Assembly (NCBI GenBank): GCA_013239625.1
Contig: MU054323.1
Location: 14,574,029 to 14,638,028, forward strand
Length of the DNA stretch: 64,000 nt
Direction of reading: 5' to 3'
Source: Lama guanicoe
Lineage: Eukaryota
Part shown: positions 51,135-64,000 of the stretch, piece after piece
How positions within the stretch are numbered: position 1 is the stretch's first letter
Layout of the letters: the number at the start of each line of letters is the position of its first letter
Translations under genes and position numbers: made by a program
Notes under the pieces: generated by a model
The model's database searches: none
What the model saw: the letters and a program-made list of their open reading frames with translations, nothing else
What the model was told of the DNA's origin: nothing

Positions 51135-52040
51135 AACATGGGTTTTTAATTACAAGTCTCCCCACTGATTAACCAATCAGTATGCTGTTATATTTTATAA
51201 GTTATAGAAATGTATTAAAATTTTTTAATGCAAGGAAATCACATCAGTTATATTCAACCTTGTTATGGATGTCTTCTATGTATATAGTTTTATATATTAT
51301 AAATTATATAATTATATATAATTACATATAGAATATTAATATATTATAAAAATATCATATATATGTAGTTTCCCTGAATTTTTGAGTAAGAGAACTAAAA
51401 TACTGAATAAGATTTACTTTCCTAAAAATTTCTCTAGTTATTACATAATTTACTTATTTTATGTGATAGAATCAACTGTATAAAGTGTTTGATGGTTTAA
51501 TATAGCTTTTTAACTCCAATAATTTCTCTGCTTTCACAGCAACTAAATTGTGATTACTGCATAGCAAGATTGTAAATCAGTGATTTAAAACCCAGTTAAT
51601 CTCTTTTTCTTTTCTATCAGAGTAGATTCCAAATAACCAGTGTTAATGAATTAGCAAATAACAATGGTCATGTGTTTATTTTATTACAATTTAAGGGAAA
51701 GCTCTTACTGTCTTTTCTTAGAAATTGTTATTCTTTGTAGAAAAGTATCATCTATTTTATGTCCCAAATACATAACCTTCATTAAATTTGGTCTCATCAT
51801 AGAAATGTCTTATGGAAATGTCCTCAAAACTTGGCAATCTGGCAAGTTGCTCTTATTTTCATGTGTTGTGATTAAAACATTAGTAAATTTGATAAGTAAC
51901 TTATTATTGAAATATTTTTATTAAATTGAGTGTTTATTCTTAAGTGTGTTTTTCCCACTAAGATCTAACTACCAAAAAAAAAAAGTCAACATTAAATTTG
52001 GTTGAGGTTGGATAAAAGTTCACAATAAAAAGACAAATGT

Positions 52041-54292
52041 TCTCAACATAATAAAAGCTATATATGACAAACCTATAGCCAGCATAGTTCTCAACGGTGA
52101 AAAACTCAAAAGCTTCCCACTAAAATCTGGGACAAGACAAGGATGCCCACTATCACCACTCCTATTCAATATAGTCCTGGAAGTCCTAGCCACAGCAATC
52201 AGGCAAGAGAAAGAAATAAAAGGGATCCAAATTGGAAAAGAAGAGGTAAAAGTGTCATTATATGCTGACGACATGTTACTATATATAGAAAACCCTAAAA
52301 GGTCCACAAAAAAGCTACTAGAGCTGATCGAAGAATTCAGCAAGGTAGCAGGTTACAAAATTAATGTTCAAAAATCAGTTGCCTTTCTTTACACTAACGA
52401 TAAATCAACAGAAAAAGAAAGTAAAGAAACAATCCCCTTTAAAATAGCACCCAAAGTAATAAAATATCTGGGAATAAATCTAACCAAGGAGGTGAAAGAA
52501 TTATACACAGAAAACTATAAACCATTGATGAAGGAAATTAAAGAAGACTTTAAAAAATGGAAAGATATTCCATGCTCTTGGATTGGAAGAATCAATATTG
52601 TTAAAATGGTCACACTGCCCAAGGCAATCTACAGATTTAATGCAATCCCTATCCAATTACCCAGGACATATTTCACAGAACTAGAACAAATCATAATAAA
52701 ATTTATATGGAACCATCAAAGACCTAGAATTGCTAAAGCATTACTGAAGAGAAAGAAAGAGGCTGGAGGAATAACTCTCCCAGACTTCAGACAATACTAT
52801 AGAGCTACAGTCATCAAGACAGCATGGTATTGGTACCAAAACAGACATATAGACCAATGGAACAGAATAGAGAGCCCAGAAATGAACCCACAAACTTTTG
52901 GTCAACTCATCTTCGACAAAGGAGGCAAGAATATACAATGGAATAAAGACAGTCTCTTCAGCAAATGGTGTTGGGAAAACTGGACAGCAGCATGTAAAAC
53001 AATGAAGCTAGAACACACCCTTACACCATATACAAAAATCAACTCAAAATGGATTAAAGACTTAAACATAAGACAAGATACAATAAACCTCCTAGAGGAA
53101 AACATAGGCAAAACATTATCTGACATACATTTCAAAAATTTTCTCCTAGAAGAAATAAAAGCAAGAATAAACAAATGGGACCTAATGAAACTTACAAGCT
53201 TCTGCAGAGCAAAGGAAACCAGAAATAAAACAAGAAGAAAACCTACGGAATGGGAGAAAATTTTTGCAAGTGAAACCGACAAAGGCTTGATCTCCAAAAT
53301 ATATAAGCAGCTCATACGACTCAATAAGAAAAAAATAAACAACCCAATCCAAAAATGGGCAGAAGACCTAAACAAGCAATTCTCCAAGGAAGACATACAA
53401 ATGATCAAAAAGCACATGAAAAAATGTTCAATATCACTAATTATCAGAGAAATGCAAATCAAAACTACAATGAGGTATCACCTCACACCAGTCAGAATGG
53501 CCGTCATTCAAAAATCCAAAAATGACAAATGCTGGAGAGGCTGTGGAGAAAGGGGAACCCTCCTACACTGCTGGTGGGAATGCAGTTTGGTGCAGCCACT
53601 ATGGAAAACAGTGTGGAGATTCCTCAAAAGACTAGGAATAGACTTACCATATGACCCAGGAATCCCACTCCTGGGCTTGTATCCAGAAGGAAATCTACTT
53701 CAGGATGACACCTGCACCCCAATGTTCATAGCAGCACTATTTACAATAGCCAAAACATGGAAACAGCCTAAATGTCCATCAACAGGTGACTGGATAAAGA
53801 AGAAGTGGTATATTTATACAATGGAATACTACTCAGCCATAAAAACCGACAACATAATGCCATTTGCAGCAACATGGATGCTCCTAGAGAATGTCATTCT
53901 AAGTGAAGTAAGCCAGAAAGAGAAAGAAAAATACCATATGAGATCGCTCATATGTGGAATCTAAAAAACAAAAACAAACAAACAAACAAAAACAAAGCAT
54001 AAATACAGGACAGAAATAGACTCATGGACAGAGAATACAGACTTGTGGTTACCGGGGAGGTGGGTAGAGGGTGGGAAGGGATAGACTGGGATTTCAAAAT
54101 TGTAGAATAGATAAACAAGATTACACTGTATAGCACAGGGAAATATACACAAAATGTTATGATAAATCACAGAGAAAAAAATGTGACAATGAGTGTGTAT
54201 ATGTCCATGAATGACTGAAAAATTGTGCTGAACACTGGAATTTGACACAACACTGTAAAATGATTATGAATCAATAAAAAATGTAAAAAAAA
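52041..54292 (+). mobile_element. Young 5'-truncated LINE-1
   Basis: Perfect 14-bp TSD aaaaagacaaatgt at 52027-52040 and 54293-54306; AATAAA at ~54273 and poly(A). Confidence 0.98.
52042..53964 (+). pseudogene. L1 ORF2p C-terminal half, frame fully open but lacking EN and RT N-terminus
   Basis: Open from [11 protein letters not shown] through [40 protein letters not shown] to the stop at 53964. Confidence 0.95.
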
Positions 54293-55089
54293 AAAAAGAC
54301 AAATGTAACAGAAGTTTTGTCAAAAAGAAACCATAGTGGTGGGAAGGAAGAAAACATGTTTTAGCCTTTTTCAAATATCAATGAATGGATTTGCCCCTAG
54401 GATTTTTATTAGTAATTTATAAAACTTCCACAGATAACAAAAAATTTAGAGTTCTGCAGAGAACGTTAATCTTTTATTTAATGTGAGTATTTATATTTGA
54501 AATGTAGTCAATTCAAGTTTAGTGGATGGTAAGTAATACTCAAATGATTAGTATGGGATCTAAAGACACATTCATTATGGCCTCATCAGCTGCACTATGG
54601 GATTTTTCAAGATTTATTTTACTTCATGAAGTTTTATAGGTCTTATTATTGTAATTATCAGCATTACATGCTAAAGAGTTGTGAATTCTGTATCTTATTT
54701 TTATTTTTATTGAGTATCATTTTTGTATTTTAGCATTAGAATGCAGTTAATTGTTTTTCTTAATGAAGTATATTGTGACTTAAAATTATAATTAATATAT
54801 AAAACACTGAATTTGAGGAGGAATTCTAAATATTATAATAAACACACTGTTTAGTCAATGCATTTGAGAAAACATTAAATATGTAAAATATTTCTTTCAA
54901 TGTTATTTTGTGGTAGGAATTTTAACACATACTAGTATCTGTTTTCATACAAATAAACTTATTAAAATAGATCTTTTTTCCCCGATTTATTGAGTATTTG
55001 GCTAATAGATATTTTAAAGATAGTGAAAGATCTTGCTCACTCTAGTGATCTATCATATATTATTTCATTTGGAACTCTTGGGGGATTTA

Positions 55090-55600
55090 CTATGTCTCAA
55101 GGCAGATGGTTCCTTCAATGGACAAACACGACTATGACCAATATCTTCCCTATAAATAGCTGAGAGCCATGTCTAAGTCACGCATTAATCCTGATTCTGC
55201 CCTCAACAGTGACAAAGAGTAAGACTATGCTCTTTCTCTGTCCCTTGACAGTGCTTCAGATATTTGAAGACAGCTGTCGGGTCTCCACTAAGACCTCTTT
55301 TTTCTCTGGGGAGAAAATCTCTAGGCTCCCCTGCCGACCCCAACCCTCTTCTTTTTCCCCACCGTGCTTCGTACAGTTTCCATCAGCTCACCATTCTGTT
55401 TGCCCCTCATTGGACTCTTTCTTCTCTATCAATTACTCTTTTAAAATGTGGCACACAGAACTCAACACAAAACTAGATTATGTTGTTCAACTTGTGTGGA
55501 ACACAAATGTAATAGTCTTATATTGTGTTCTCTGTACTTCTATTAACACAACCTGAGAGTACACAAGGGGTCTTAATACTAAGTCACACCACTGGTTTAT
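55090..55600 (-). mobile_element. L3/CR1 LINE fragment
   Basis: gacagtgcttcagatatttgaagacagctgtc and ttttaaaatgtggcacacagaactcaacacaaaact are typical antisense CR1/L3 3' RT text. Confidence 0.7.
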
Positions 55601-56329
55601 TTTAAGGTTGCATTTAAAATATCAGAACAGCAGTGGTAGCCAAAGGTTGGTAACACTGGACAGGATGAAATAAGAATGGAGTTTTTACAGTTTGGGTCAG
55701 TACCAATATACAAACTGGACTAAACAACCTACCACAAAAATCACAGGTGCAGAGAAAACTGTCAGTGGCAGAAAGTAGACAAGGGAGAGCCATAAAAAGG
55801 AAAAAACCTGAAAAGGACTAGGTCATTGAAAAGCCAACATTTTGGCAAACAATGAGGAATCAATGACTCGTCAGGTATTAAAGAACCAGAATACTTTTAA
55901 AATATCTCGGAAAAGGACCATCAAATAATCAGATGAGTCCACAATTAATCATTGTGTTCAAGTCCTAAATTTGTAGTTTAAATTTCAATACCTTACTTGG
56001 ATCTGTTTATTAATAAGGAAAAGTTAATATAATAACTGATGCTGTGTTTTTAATTTGTACGGTCATTTTGGGCAGTAGCTTAGTGATTACTAAGATGCAC
56101 AAATTTGAGCCTGGCAATCTTCAGTGTCTACTCAAGATTTCGCTCACAAATGCAAACAAAGAGTCTGTTCAAGCATGTTCAACACTACCCTATAATGGCC
56201 GAAAAAAAAAAAAGGTGAAAAAAATTATTTCATATAGGGGAATAAACAACAAATTATTAATTGGGGTTAAAATGATTGTACTGGATTTTTATATATCAAC
56301 ATGGTAAGTGTGGAAAAAAATGTTGGCCA

Positions 56330-57440
56330 GAACATGGTAAAACTAGTACCAAATATATCTATGGTCAAAATAAGTATAGAGTACATCAACTCATCTGTTA
56401 AAGAGAGAGGGACTCTCAGATTACAAAACAATAAAAACATCCAGTGTACTTTAAGAGAGACTACCTAAGATGTAACAGTGCCGAGTTTAGAAGTAAATGG
56501 GAAGAAAATATGTACTAGTAAATTATAAAGCAAAACAAAAAAGTAGAATAGCTATTTTAACAGTATCAGAAAAAACATACTGAAAATTAAAGACAACAGT
56601 ATAACAGAGCCACCACATACTGAGAAGCAATCTGCCAAAAATATTTAATGATTCTGAATGAATGGGTAACACATGACAAAAGAGCTGAAAATATTTAAAG
56701 CAAAAATGATGAAATTATAAATAGAAATTAAGACAACCATATCATATTAGAAGAGCTGAAACATGTATCTCAGTAATTGAACCATTAAGCAAAAAAAAGA
56801 TGATAATGAATGATTAAAATAATAGCACAGATTGAAACCACACATTCTTTCAAGTGTGCATATACAGAATCCTACAACCAATGACATTTTCCTAAATACC
56901 TATCAACCATCTATTAAGAAAGTAATACATACCAAAAAAATAAAAAAAAAACCATATAATTATCTTTAAATACAAATCAATAAAATTAGAAATCAATATA
57001 AAACAAATTATAAAATGTAATTTTGGAAACTCGAAGTATTGCTAAATTATTAATTAATGAATTAAGAAATCATAACACTAATTAGAAAATATTTAGATCT
57101 GGACAATCTGCAGAATACATCAGGGCTAATGGAAAGGAGGATTTAATATCATAAAGCAGTTATTTGTTCCATAACTAATGTTTAACTTTGATATAAATGT
57201 TAAAAACCTTTTCTTAAAACTTAACAAATGGTTCAAAAAATTTATGTAGAAAATAAAGGACAAAATTGCCTATGCAGTTTTGAAGGGGTACTTGCTCTCA
57301 GATAACAAAACATGATATAATGCTAAACTTAATTAAGATGGTCAAGTGTTGGCAAAGAAATAATAAAGGGAATAGGAAAAAAAAGCTCAAAAATAGCTCA
57401 TTGTAAACATTGGAAATGTGCCTGTGATGGTGGAGGCATT
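56330..57440 (+). mobile_element. Very old L1 (L1ME-like) ORF2 fragments
   Basis: gctattttaacagtatcagaaaaa, cacattctttcaagtgtgcat, aaaattagaaatcaata. Confidence 0.6.
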
Positions 57441-57449
57441 GCTTATCAA

Positions 57450-57560
57450 TACTTACAGATGAAGAAAACAGGTATGGAGAAGTTTGGAGACCTGTGCAAG
57501 ATTCTGTAGCAAGTAAGTAGCTCAGTCCACCCTGACCCCAGACTTTCCAAAGTGAAGATT
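57450..57560 (-). mobile_element. MIR fragment
   Basis: ttacagatgaagaaaacagg...gacctgtgcaagatt. Confidence 0.6.
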
Positions 57561-57659
57561 TGAGATCTCAACCTCTCCATTGGGAGAGAAAAGGGAGTAT
57601 GTGAAAGAAGAAGCATGGTAGCCATTGGTGCTGAGCATCAAACTTTTCTGGTGTTCCAC

Positions 57660-58350
57660 TGTTGGCCTGCACACCGCAGGCCTATAAGCCCTGTACTTGC
57701 ACAGCTTTGAGACCAAAGAAAGAGCCCAGGATCAATGACAAAGACATCAATGGTTTAATGGATCTTATATGTTTGAGTCGAGGTCCTGGAGCAACACCCC
57801 ACCATGTGCAGCAGAAGGCAGGCAGGACATGGTGGCAGTCTTCACTACTTGGGGGGAGGAGAGGTTACCAGTTACAGAGGAAACTGATACCAGGTTGGTT
57901 CATTGATTACCAGGGAAACCAGCAGAGGGTCAGCTACATAGGAAGCTCAGTCATGTGAGTAGGCGTAGTGAAGCAGGCACTGATCGAGTGGGGGATGTAC
58001 AGAGAGCAAGAGAACATCCATGCTGAGTAGCCTGCCCATACATCTGCCTTTCAGTGCACATGGAAGGCTGCACTTCTCAACTGATTCTGTAGTTAGGCGT
58101 GGTAATGAGAACTGTTTTGGACAACAAAACTGGAGATTAAATCAGGTGTTTCGCTTCCCTGTAGAGGGTTAAGACTCTGTGCATGATTTGGCTTTGCTGC
58201 ATTTCTTTCCCACTGCTATGATGACTGGGTCTCTGACTGAATTTGCTGAACCATGTTTTTCATGTAATTTGAGCAAAAAGTATGCTTTTTGTTATGTGAA
58301 TCCACTGATATTTGGCAGCATAATCCAGCCCTACCTGACAAAATACAGTA
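57660..58350. mobile_element. LTR remnants: unclassified LTR (~57660-58020) next to an MLT1I/J-like MaLR LTR (~58040-58346)
   Basis: MaLR-like end ctttttgttatgtgaatccactgatatttgg...cagcataatccagccctacctgacaaataca. The left block is GC-richer and LTR-like; family uncertain. Confidence 0.5.
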
Positions 58351-59584
58351 ATTATGAGAAAAAAAGAAAAGGAAAGTAAGCTTGAGAGACATATCGTCCT
58401 ATCTTTTTACCTAAGTTAAATCATGAAATTTATTTTTATTTCTCTCAAGGCCACACTTTAAGTCACACAAACCAAAGTTAATCCAGTAGAAGAATTTGTT
58501 CAACTTAAAATACCAGGAAGTAATAAATTAGTATTCCAGATTCAAAATGTTACAGAGAGACTGGCTTAATGGTTTAAAGCTCTGTATGGTTAAACTCATG
58601 TTTCAATTCATTCTTTTATAGGAGAGACCTTGAGTGTTTAAGAGCCAAATCAGAAGGGAATCAAATGGTGTTGGTGTAATTTTTCTCAGCTTGTCTGAAT
58701 CCATACCATAAAGTAATGTCGATTTACCACATTTGGATTATCTCTTGGGGAGAGCACAAAAGAGGTGCTTAATTCCTGCATATGATTCAGAACCAGGAAG
58801 CCAAATCCCAATCTGTGTTTTCAGAGTCAACTGTCAAGGTAATTTCTGGCAAGAGCCTTTCTTTCTTTTCTGTTAATACAAAAGTTTATTAACTATTCAG
58901 ATTAGCTGCGTGGCTTGAAGCAAATCACAGGAAATTGCTTAAATTTCTACTATTCCTCCACTATAAAGAAACTGCCTGTGAGCAATTTGCAATTCTTATT
59001 CATAGAACATTAAAAATTAGGTTGGTGAATTCTCTTATTATCAAAAGCCATAGCTTTGTCAGATACATAAAGCGTTAACTAGCATTTGTAAGTAAGTGAA
59101 AGGAAAAAAAATATTTTAGGGCAATACATGGAAAGACATAAAAATATAAGCTAATGGATCTACTAAGAGAAAAATTTTATCAATGAAAGTTTTACATTCT
59201 TCACGTTAAGAAACGGGGTCTTTCCAACTGATGATTTGAAAAATGTTTATTCATTCATTCATTTAAAAAGTAGTTATTAAGTATTAGTGAGAGAGAAGCT
59301 GTAGAACATCATATGGAGATAGAGGAATGTATGGTACCTTTGCCCGTCCTCCGAGAGCATAGGTCTTATGGAAAATATAAAACTTCAGACAAAAAGGAAG
59401 AAAGTAAAGGAGCTATGAACCAAAGGCAGACTCTTAAGTAAGTTTTAAGACTGAATGATTCTACCACAAACAAAACAAAAACTATCAACAACTTTCTACA
59501 TTTTCTGAAATCTTTATCTTCATTTTGCTCTATTTACTGTAATTTCAGCCATTAAAACACTTCCTTTTTCAGCTTATTTTAACA

Positions 59585-59780
59585 AGGTATAGTATTAAAA
59601 GTCAGAACTTTGAATGCCAACTCTACTAGTGACCATCTTGGCTTAATTTCTTGAACTCACAAAGCCTTAGTTTCCTGATCTAGAAACTAGAGTGATATTT
59701 ACTCCATAGATTTTACTTTAATTTGGGAAAACATCTGAAGTGCCTTAGGGTATATTAGGTGCTCAACGTATGTTAATCCA
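59585..59780 (+). mobile_element. MIR SINE
   Basis: gtgaccatcttggcttaatttcttgaactc...gccttagtttcctgatct, taggtgctcaac. Confidence 0.65.
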
Positions 59781-62700
59781 CTTAAATGAGCCAACTTCTC
59801 TAAAAATGAGAAACCAGTTTAAGGTAGGAATCCATAAAAATATTATTGTTATTAGATAATGATATTCTTTCAGATTAATACATATCATCAGATATAGAAT
59901 TAATACATACTATTATTTTATATTTAAAACATTGAATATAAGCTGCTAAGTACTATCCCAAGTAGAAGACAAAAGAAGAATGAGAGAGTACAATGTCTTC
60001 TTGAAAGTAGTTTATATCTTCACAGCCAAACTGACATGAACTTGTCTTCTTTCATCCCTTTGCCGAATCATTGCTTTTAAAATAAAAAAATGTTATGATT
60101 GAGGAGGATAGGATTTCAAATTGGAGAGGGAAACATCACTCAAGAGAATGGGGTTGATATAACGCAGGTCCAGGCAGTATAGGAGTATGTGTGGGTCTGG
60201 GATATGGGTTTGAAGAGGTGAAGGTGAAGTCCTTAAAGGAAAAGAATAAATTATCAAAATCACAGATCTCCATTGTCAAGATTCTATCTGTGTTTATCCT
60301 GGACAGAGCAGATCTCTCCCCCTTTTCATTCTCTTGTGCATTTTAATGTGCCTGATCCCAAGATATAGTAAAATCTGACTGGAGAACCATACTTTGTTGC
60401 ATTGATTATATGGGAAAATTTACTTTAACCTCTAGACCACCAACTTACAAATGAACTTTCACGACTGCTTTTACTGACTGTCCATATGCTATGTAGACAG
60501 AAACTAAGCAGTATGTGTAAAGAGTTATAAATCCATGCATTATTATCTAACAAATGCAGACTTTTTTCAACAATGACCAAAAAGAATAAATAAAGGAAAT
60601 GATAACATGCACTGTGAACGTATGAAGGACTAAGATTGTCTCAAATCATTAGAAAGTATCCCAAGACATACTATGTGATTGTGTGGTCTCAAGTGCAAGA
60701 ATATGCCTATTTCAGAGGGCCCAGTAGTGGCTGTGGAATACTTATAAACTTTGTTGACACCCACAGTATTGAATTTGGTTTAGAACAAAAGCATTTGGAT
60801 AAATAAGCTGTAGATGTTCAGAATCAATTTACTACATGCCTTCATGTAGGAACATGTAGTTTCTACATCATATTCCAGGAACTGTGATGTGTTTGTCAGG
60901 TAGGTTTGGGCATGTCATCAATGTGGACATATGGCAGAAGTTAGGAAAAAAGGAAAGAGTGGACCTCAATTTTTCTTATCTACAAATATCCTGTTCAAAA
61001 AGCAATGTCCATTAAGACCCAGAAGCACAAAGGTAGATCAAAGTGATCTACCTACATTCATTCATTCATTCATTCATTCATTTATTTATATTTATTTTTT
61101 TATTTTTTTCATTTCTACTTCCTCCCGTTTTACCCTATTGCCTTGGCCAGGATCCAAGATAGAAATAATATCCCTAGGTAACTTTATACACAAGAAGAAA
61201 TATTATCTAAGAAAATACCTTTGAGATTATCCTTTTAAGGATGAACCTACTTTCCCCCTTTTGATTACTCCTATCACCAAAAAGGAGATTTTTTTTTGAT
61301 TTCCTACTCTGAGATTCATCATGAGATAGAAAATCCAGCACTTAGCCCAATCCAGACTGCCTATCCCAGGTCCCTTCTTTCAAACAGAACATAGAAATAC
61401 TACCTAGGATATTTAAAACCTATTAGAAATAAACAACTACATCATATGCCCTGGAAGGGCAGAGAACAGCTTGCTACCTGGGCCACAGGTTTTTTAATAA
61501 GATGAGGGAAAATGACTAGCAGCCTTCAAAATGTCAAAACAGTTTAAGAAAGCTGACCTGTGCAAATGCCACTTCAAAGACTAATGGTAATAATTACAGC
61601 AGGAACCCAGACTTAATCAAACGCAATAGCCTTTATGATAAAGAAAAAGAGAAACCTATGTAGAATTATTATCTTCCTGCTGAATGTGATACTGTCAGCC
61701 TGCAAACACGTCCATCATTACTTGGGGGTTGATATGCACCGGAAACATATTGTTTTAAATTCCCTTAAGTTAGATTAGTATGTGTTCTATCTTATAACAG
61801 AAGGCCTTTTTGATTGTCATGAGAGTCATGAGAACACGACCTTAACTCGCTAGTGACTAGCAACATTACTTTAGCCGTCAATACCAACTCTTATTGGGAA
61901 AAGAGCAACCTATTCTTATTCATGATCTGTCAACTTCTTCTGAAGCCATTTAACTCCAGCTCCATATGACAGAACTTAATATTAGAGGCACTGACCTTCA
62001 GCAATTTTGTATGAACATGGTTGACAGGTATAATGATCATAGGAAATGCAGATAATGGGATGGAAAAAATGAGTTTCACTGTACAATATACTCTACCCCC
62101 AGTTTCACTGTTGATGGGTTAGATATATATTGTGTCAATTTTTAAAGTCATTTTGCCATCCTGGGATATTACAGAAGTACTCATAAAATCCCTCAGTGAC
62201 TATGACTTTTTACATTTATTATTTTCTTTTAAAAGGAGGTTAACAGTAGAGAGCTCAGGAAAAAAAATTCAAATAACCAATACATCATACATACAAAGAT
62301 CCTTTTACTTCTCAGAAGAAACTACTCTTCAAGTACACAATGGTGAAACTTCTGCAAAATCATTGGCATTGTTATAGACATATTCAACCAGATTTTGCAC
62401 TGATTTACAATTTACAAGTATTAGTCACTGAGTAGTGAAGAAATAGTTATCATCATTACATCATCTTAGAGTCCTCACTCTACTTTAGACAACTGGATTA
62501 TTTCTCTATTTTAGTGATTTGTATCACTGCTGTGCTAATGACAGTACTACTGTATGTAGTATAGTATGTTTACCCTTTGGTATTTCAACTTCAAGGCTAA
62601 GAAATCTAGTAAATTAAGTAGGCTGATCTAAGCACTTTGAGAAATTCAGATTTGGTTTTCAGAGTTTTGAAGAATGTGAGTTCTCTTCAGTCACAATTAA

Positions 62701-63019
62701 TCATTCACAAATATGTGAAGTCACAACTATCTCTAAAGATGCAGAGTATGTTTTTATCTGGGTCCTTTTAGCCTTTCAAGTCACTCTCCTTTCAGAGGTT
62801 TCTGTATTTAAACTTTCTGTTCCTTATACACTGGAATGCTGAGTATTTTGTCTGTTACAATTCCAAAGAGTAGAATGGCATAGTTTGGAAAATTCTCTAG
62901 ATTTCAATTCCAATTTCCAATGAATACCTGGATTTTCATTCTATAAGTTACTGAGTCTTGTTAAATCTCCCTTTCATTACAAATGCAGATAGTAACCTTT
63001 GAATAATTATTTTAAATGT

Positions 63020-63265
63020 TTAAATCATTAGGTCCTGGATTCAGACAGATTTGTGTTTGAGCATATACTCAACCATTTCTTGGCAGCATGACAATGGGTA
63101 AACTAATTGAACTCTACAACCATCAATTTCCTCCCGCTGTAAATTAGGATGGTAAATGTAAGTACTTCATTACTTCACAAGGGTTTTTGATGATTACATA
63201 AAATAACACCCAAAACAATTTAGAAAATGGTCTCACAGAGATGTGTTCAATAAACATATATTATA
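63020..63265 (+). mobile_element. MIR SINE
   Basis: ctggattcagacagatttgtgtttga, tcaatttcctcccgctgtaaattaggatggtaa, tgttcaataaa. Confidence 0.7.
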
Positions 63266-64000
63266 AATAAATAGTAGAAAACTTAGCTGGAAGTACTAAT
63301 TGATTTTCTTCCTTTCTTTTCCCATTTTAGGAAAAAAGCATATTCTTTGAGAAACTAAAATCTAGATTAATGAAATCAGATCCTCCAATAGTCAAGATAT
63401 TTCTAGGAGACCCCTCTAGGGGACCATTAATAATTCTACTTGTACGTGAAGACAACCCTGATTAGACACACTGAGCAATATACATATTAGAATTCACTTT
63501 CCCTGTATTTTGCACCTTTTCCCTATAAAAAGATTCTTTCTATAACTATATGTGTCATTTCTGCCAAATGAAATCCTAAAGTTATTACCAACAGAGTCGC
63601 GTCTCATTTTAAATCATTATACACATATTTCTGATAAATGGTGTTTTTTTCCCTTTTTTTTTTTTTTGGAAGGGAGTGTTAGTGAGGCATTTTGCATGCT
63701 GTAGGGTTGATTTTCTATCACTGGTGTTAGAAGGTAAACTTTAAAGAAAAAACAAACAGGTTTAACTTAAATGGAATTTTCTCTTTTTGTATATATGGTC
63801 AAAGGAGTATTTTAATTGCACAAGTAAAATGTAACGTAAACTTGTAAGTTAAAGGGGTGAAGGCTGTATTCAAGCTAATTTAAGACTTAAAAAGCAGTCT
63901 CAGTGTCACTCAGCATGTCGGAGTTACTCATCACAGGAGTCACTGGCCTCCCTCTGTGACAAGGATCTCCAGGTTCCATGCTGTTGATACTGGCTCAGGA

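Noticed and set aside
52741..53462. Hydrophobic minus-strand ORFs (also 5769-6086, 21334-21714, 23995-24447)
   Set aside because: Antisense shadows of A-rich L1 ORF2.
52252..53964. 570-aa ORF as a host gene or a novel reverse-transcriptase system
   Set aside because: It is the C-terminal half of L1 ORF2p inside a TSD-flanked, 5'-truncated insertion with no promoter or EN domain.
1..64000. CRISPR arrays, rRNA, operons or other prokaryotic systems
   Set aside because: The sequence is mammalian; no repeat-spacer array or rRNA-like sequence was seen.

Overview
AT-rich, repeat-dense mammalian DNA, very probably from a camelid (a Vic-1-type tRNA-Ala-derived SINE lies at ~50.96-51.13 kb). It comes from a gapped assembly (133 N at 7846-7978). 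No host protein-coding gene is recognisable; the long ORFs are LINE-1 ORF1/ORF2 pieces or their antisense shadows. Main elements: a full-length decayed L1 (18295-25422, 16-bp TSD); a young 5'-truncated L1 with an open ORF2 frame (52041-54292, perfect 14-bp TSD); an internally deleted L1 (~360-2298); and older L1, L2, L3/CR1, MIR, MaLR/ERV LTR and DNA transposon remnants. Most interesting: (1) two copies of a chimeric L1 derivative that share ORF2-killing mutations and an ancient-L1-type 3' tail, with homology ending at the poly(A), suggesting a non-autonomous element mobilised in trans; (2) an 806-bp tract identical between two otherwise diverged L1s; (3) a ~1.9-kb duplication flanking the gap, probably a haplotype artefact; (4) candidate minus-strand exons of an unidentified transcript. 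Repeat family names were assigned by eye from remembered consensus sequences and need RepeatMasker/Dfam confirmation. Boundaries of old repeats are approximate.
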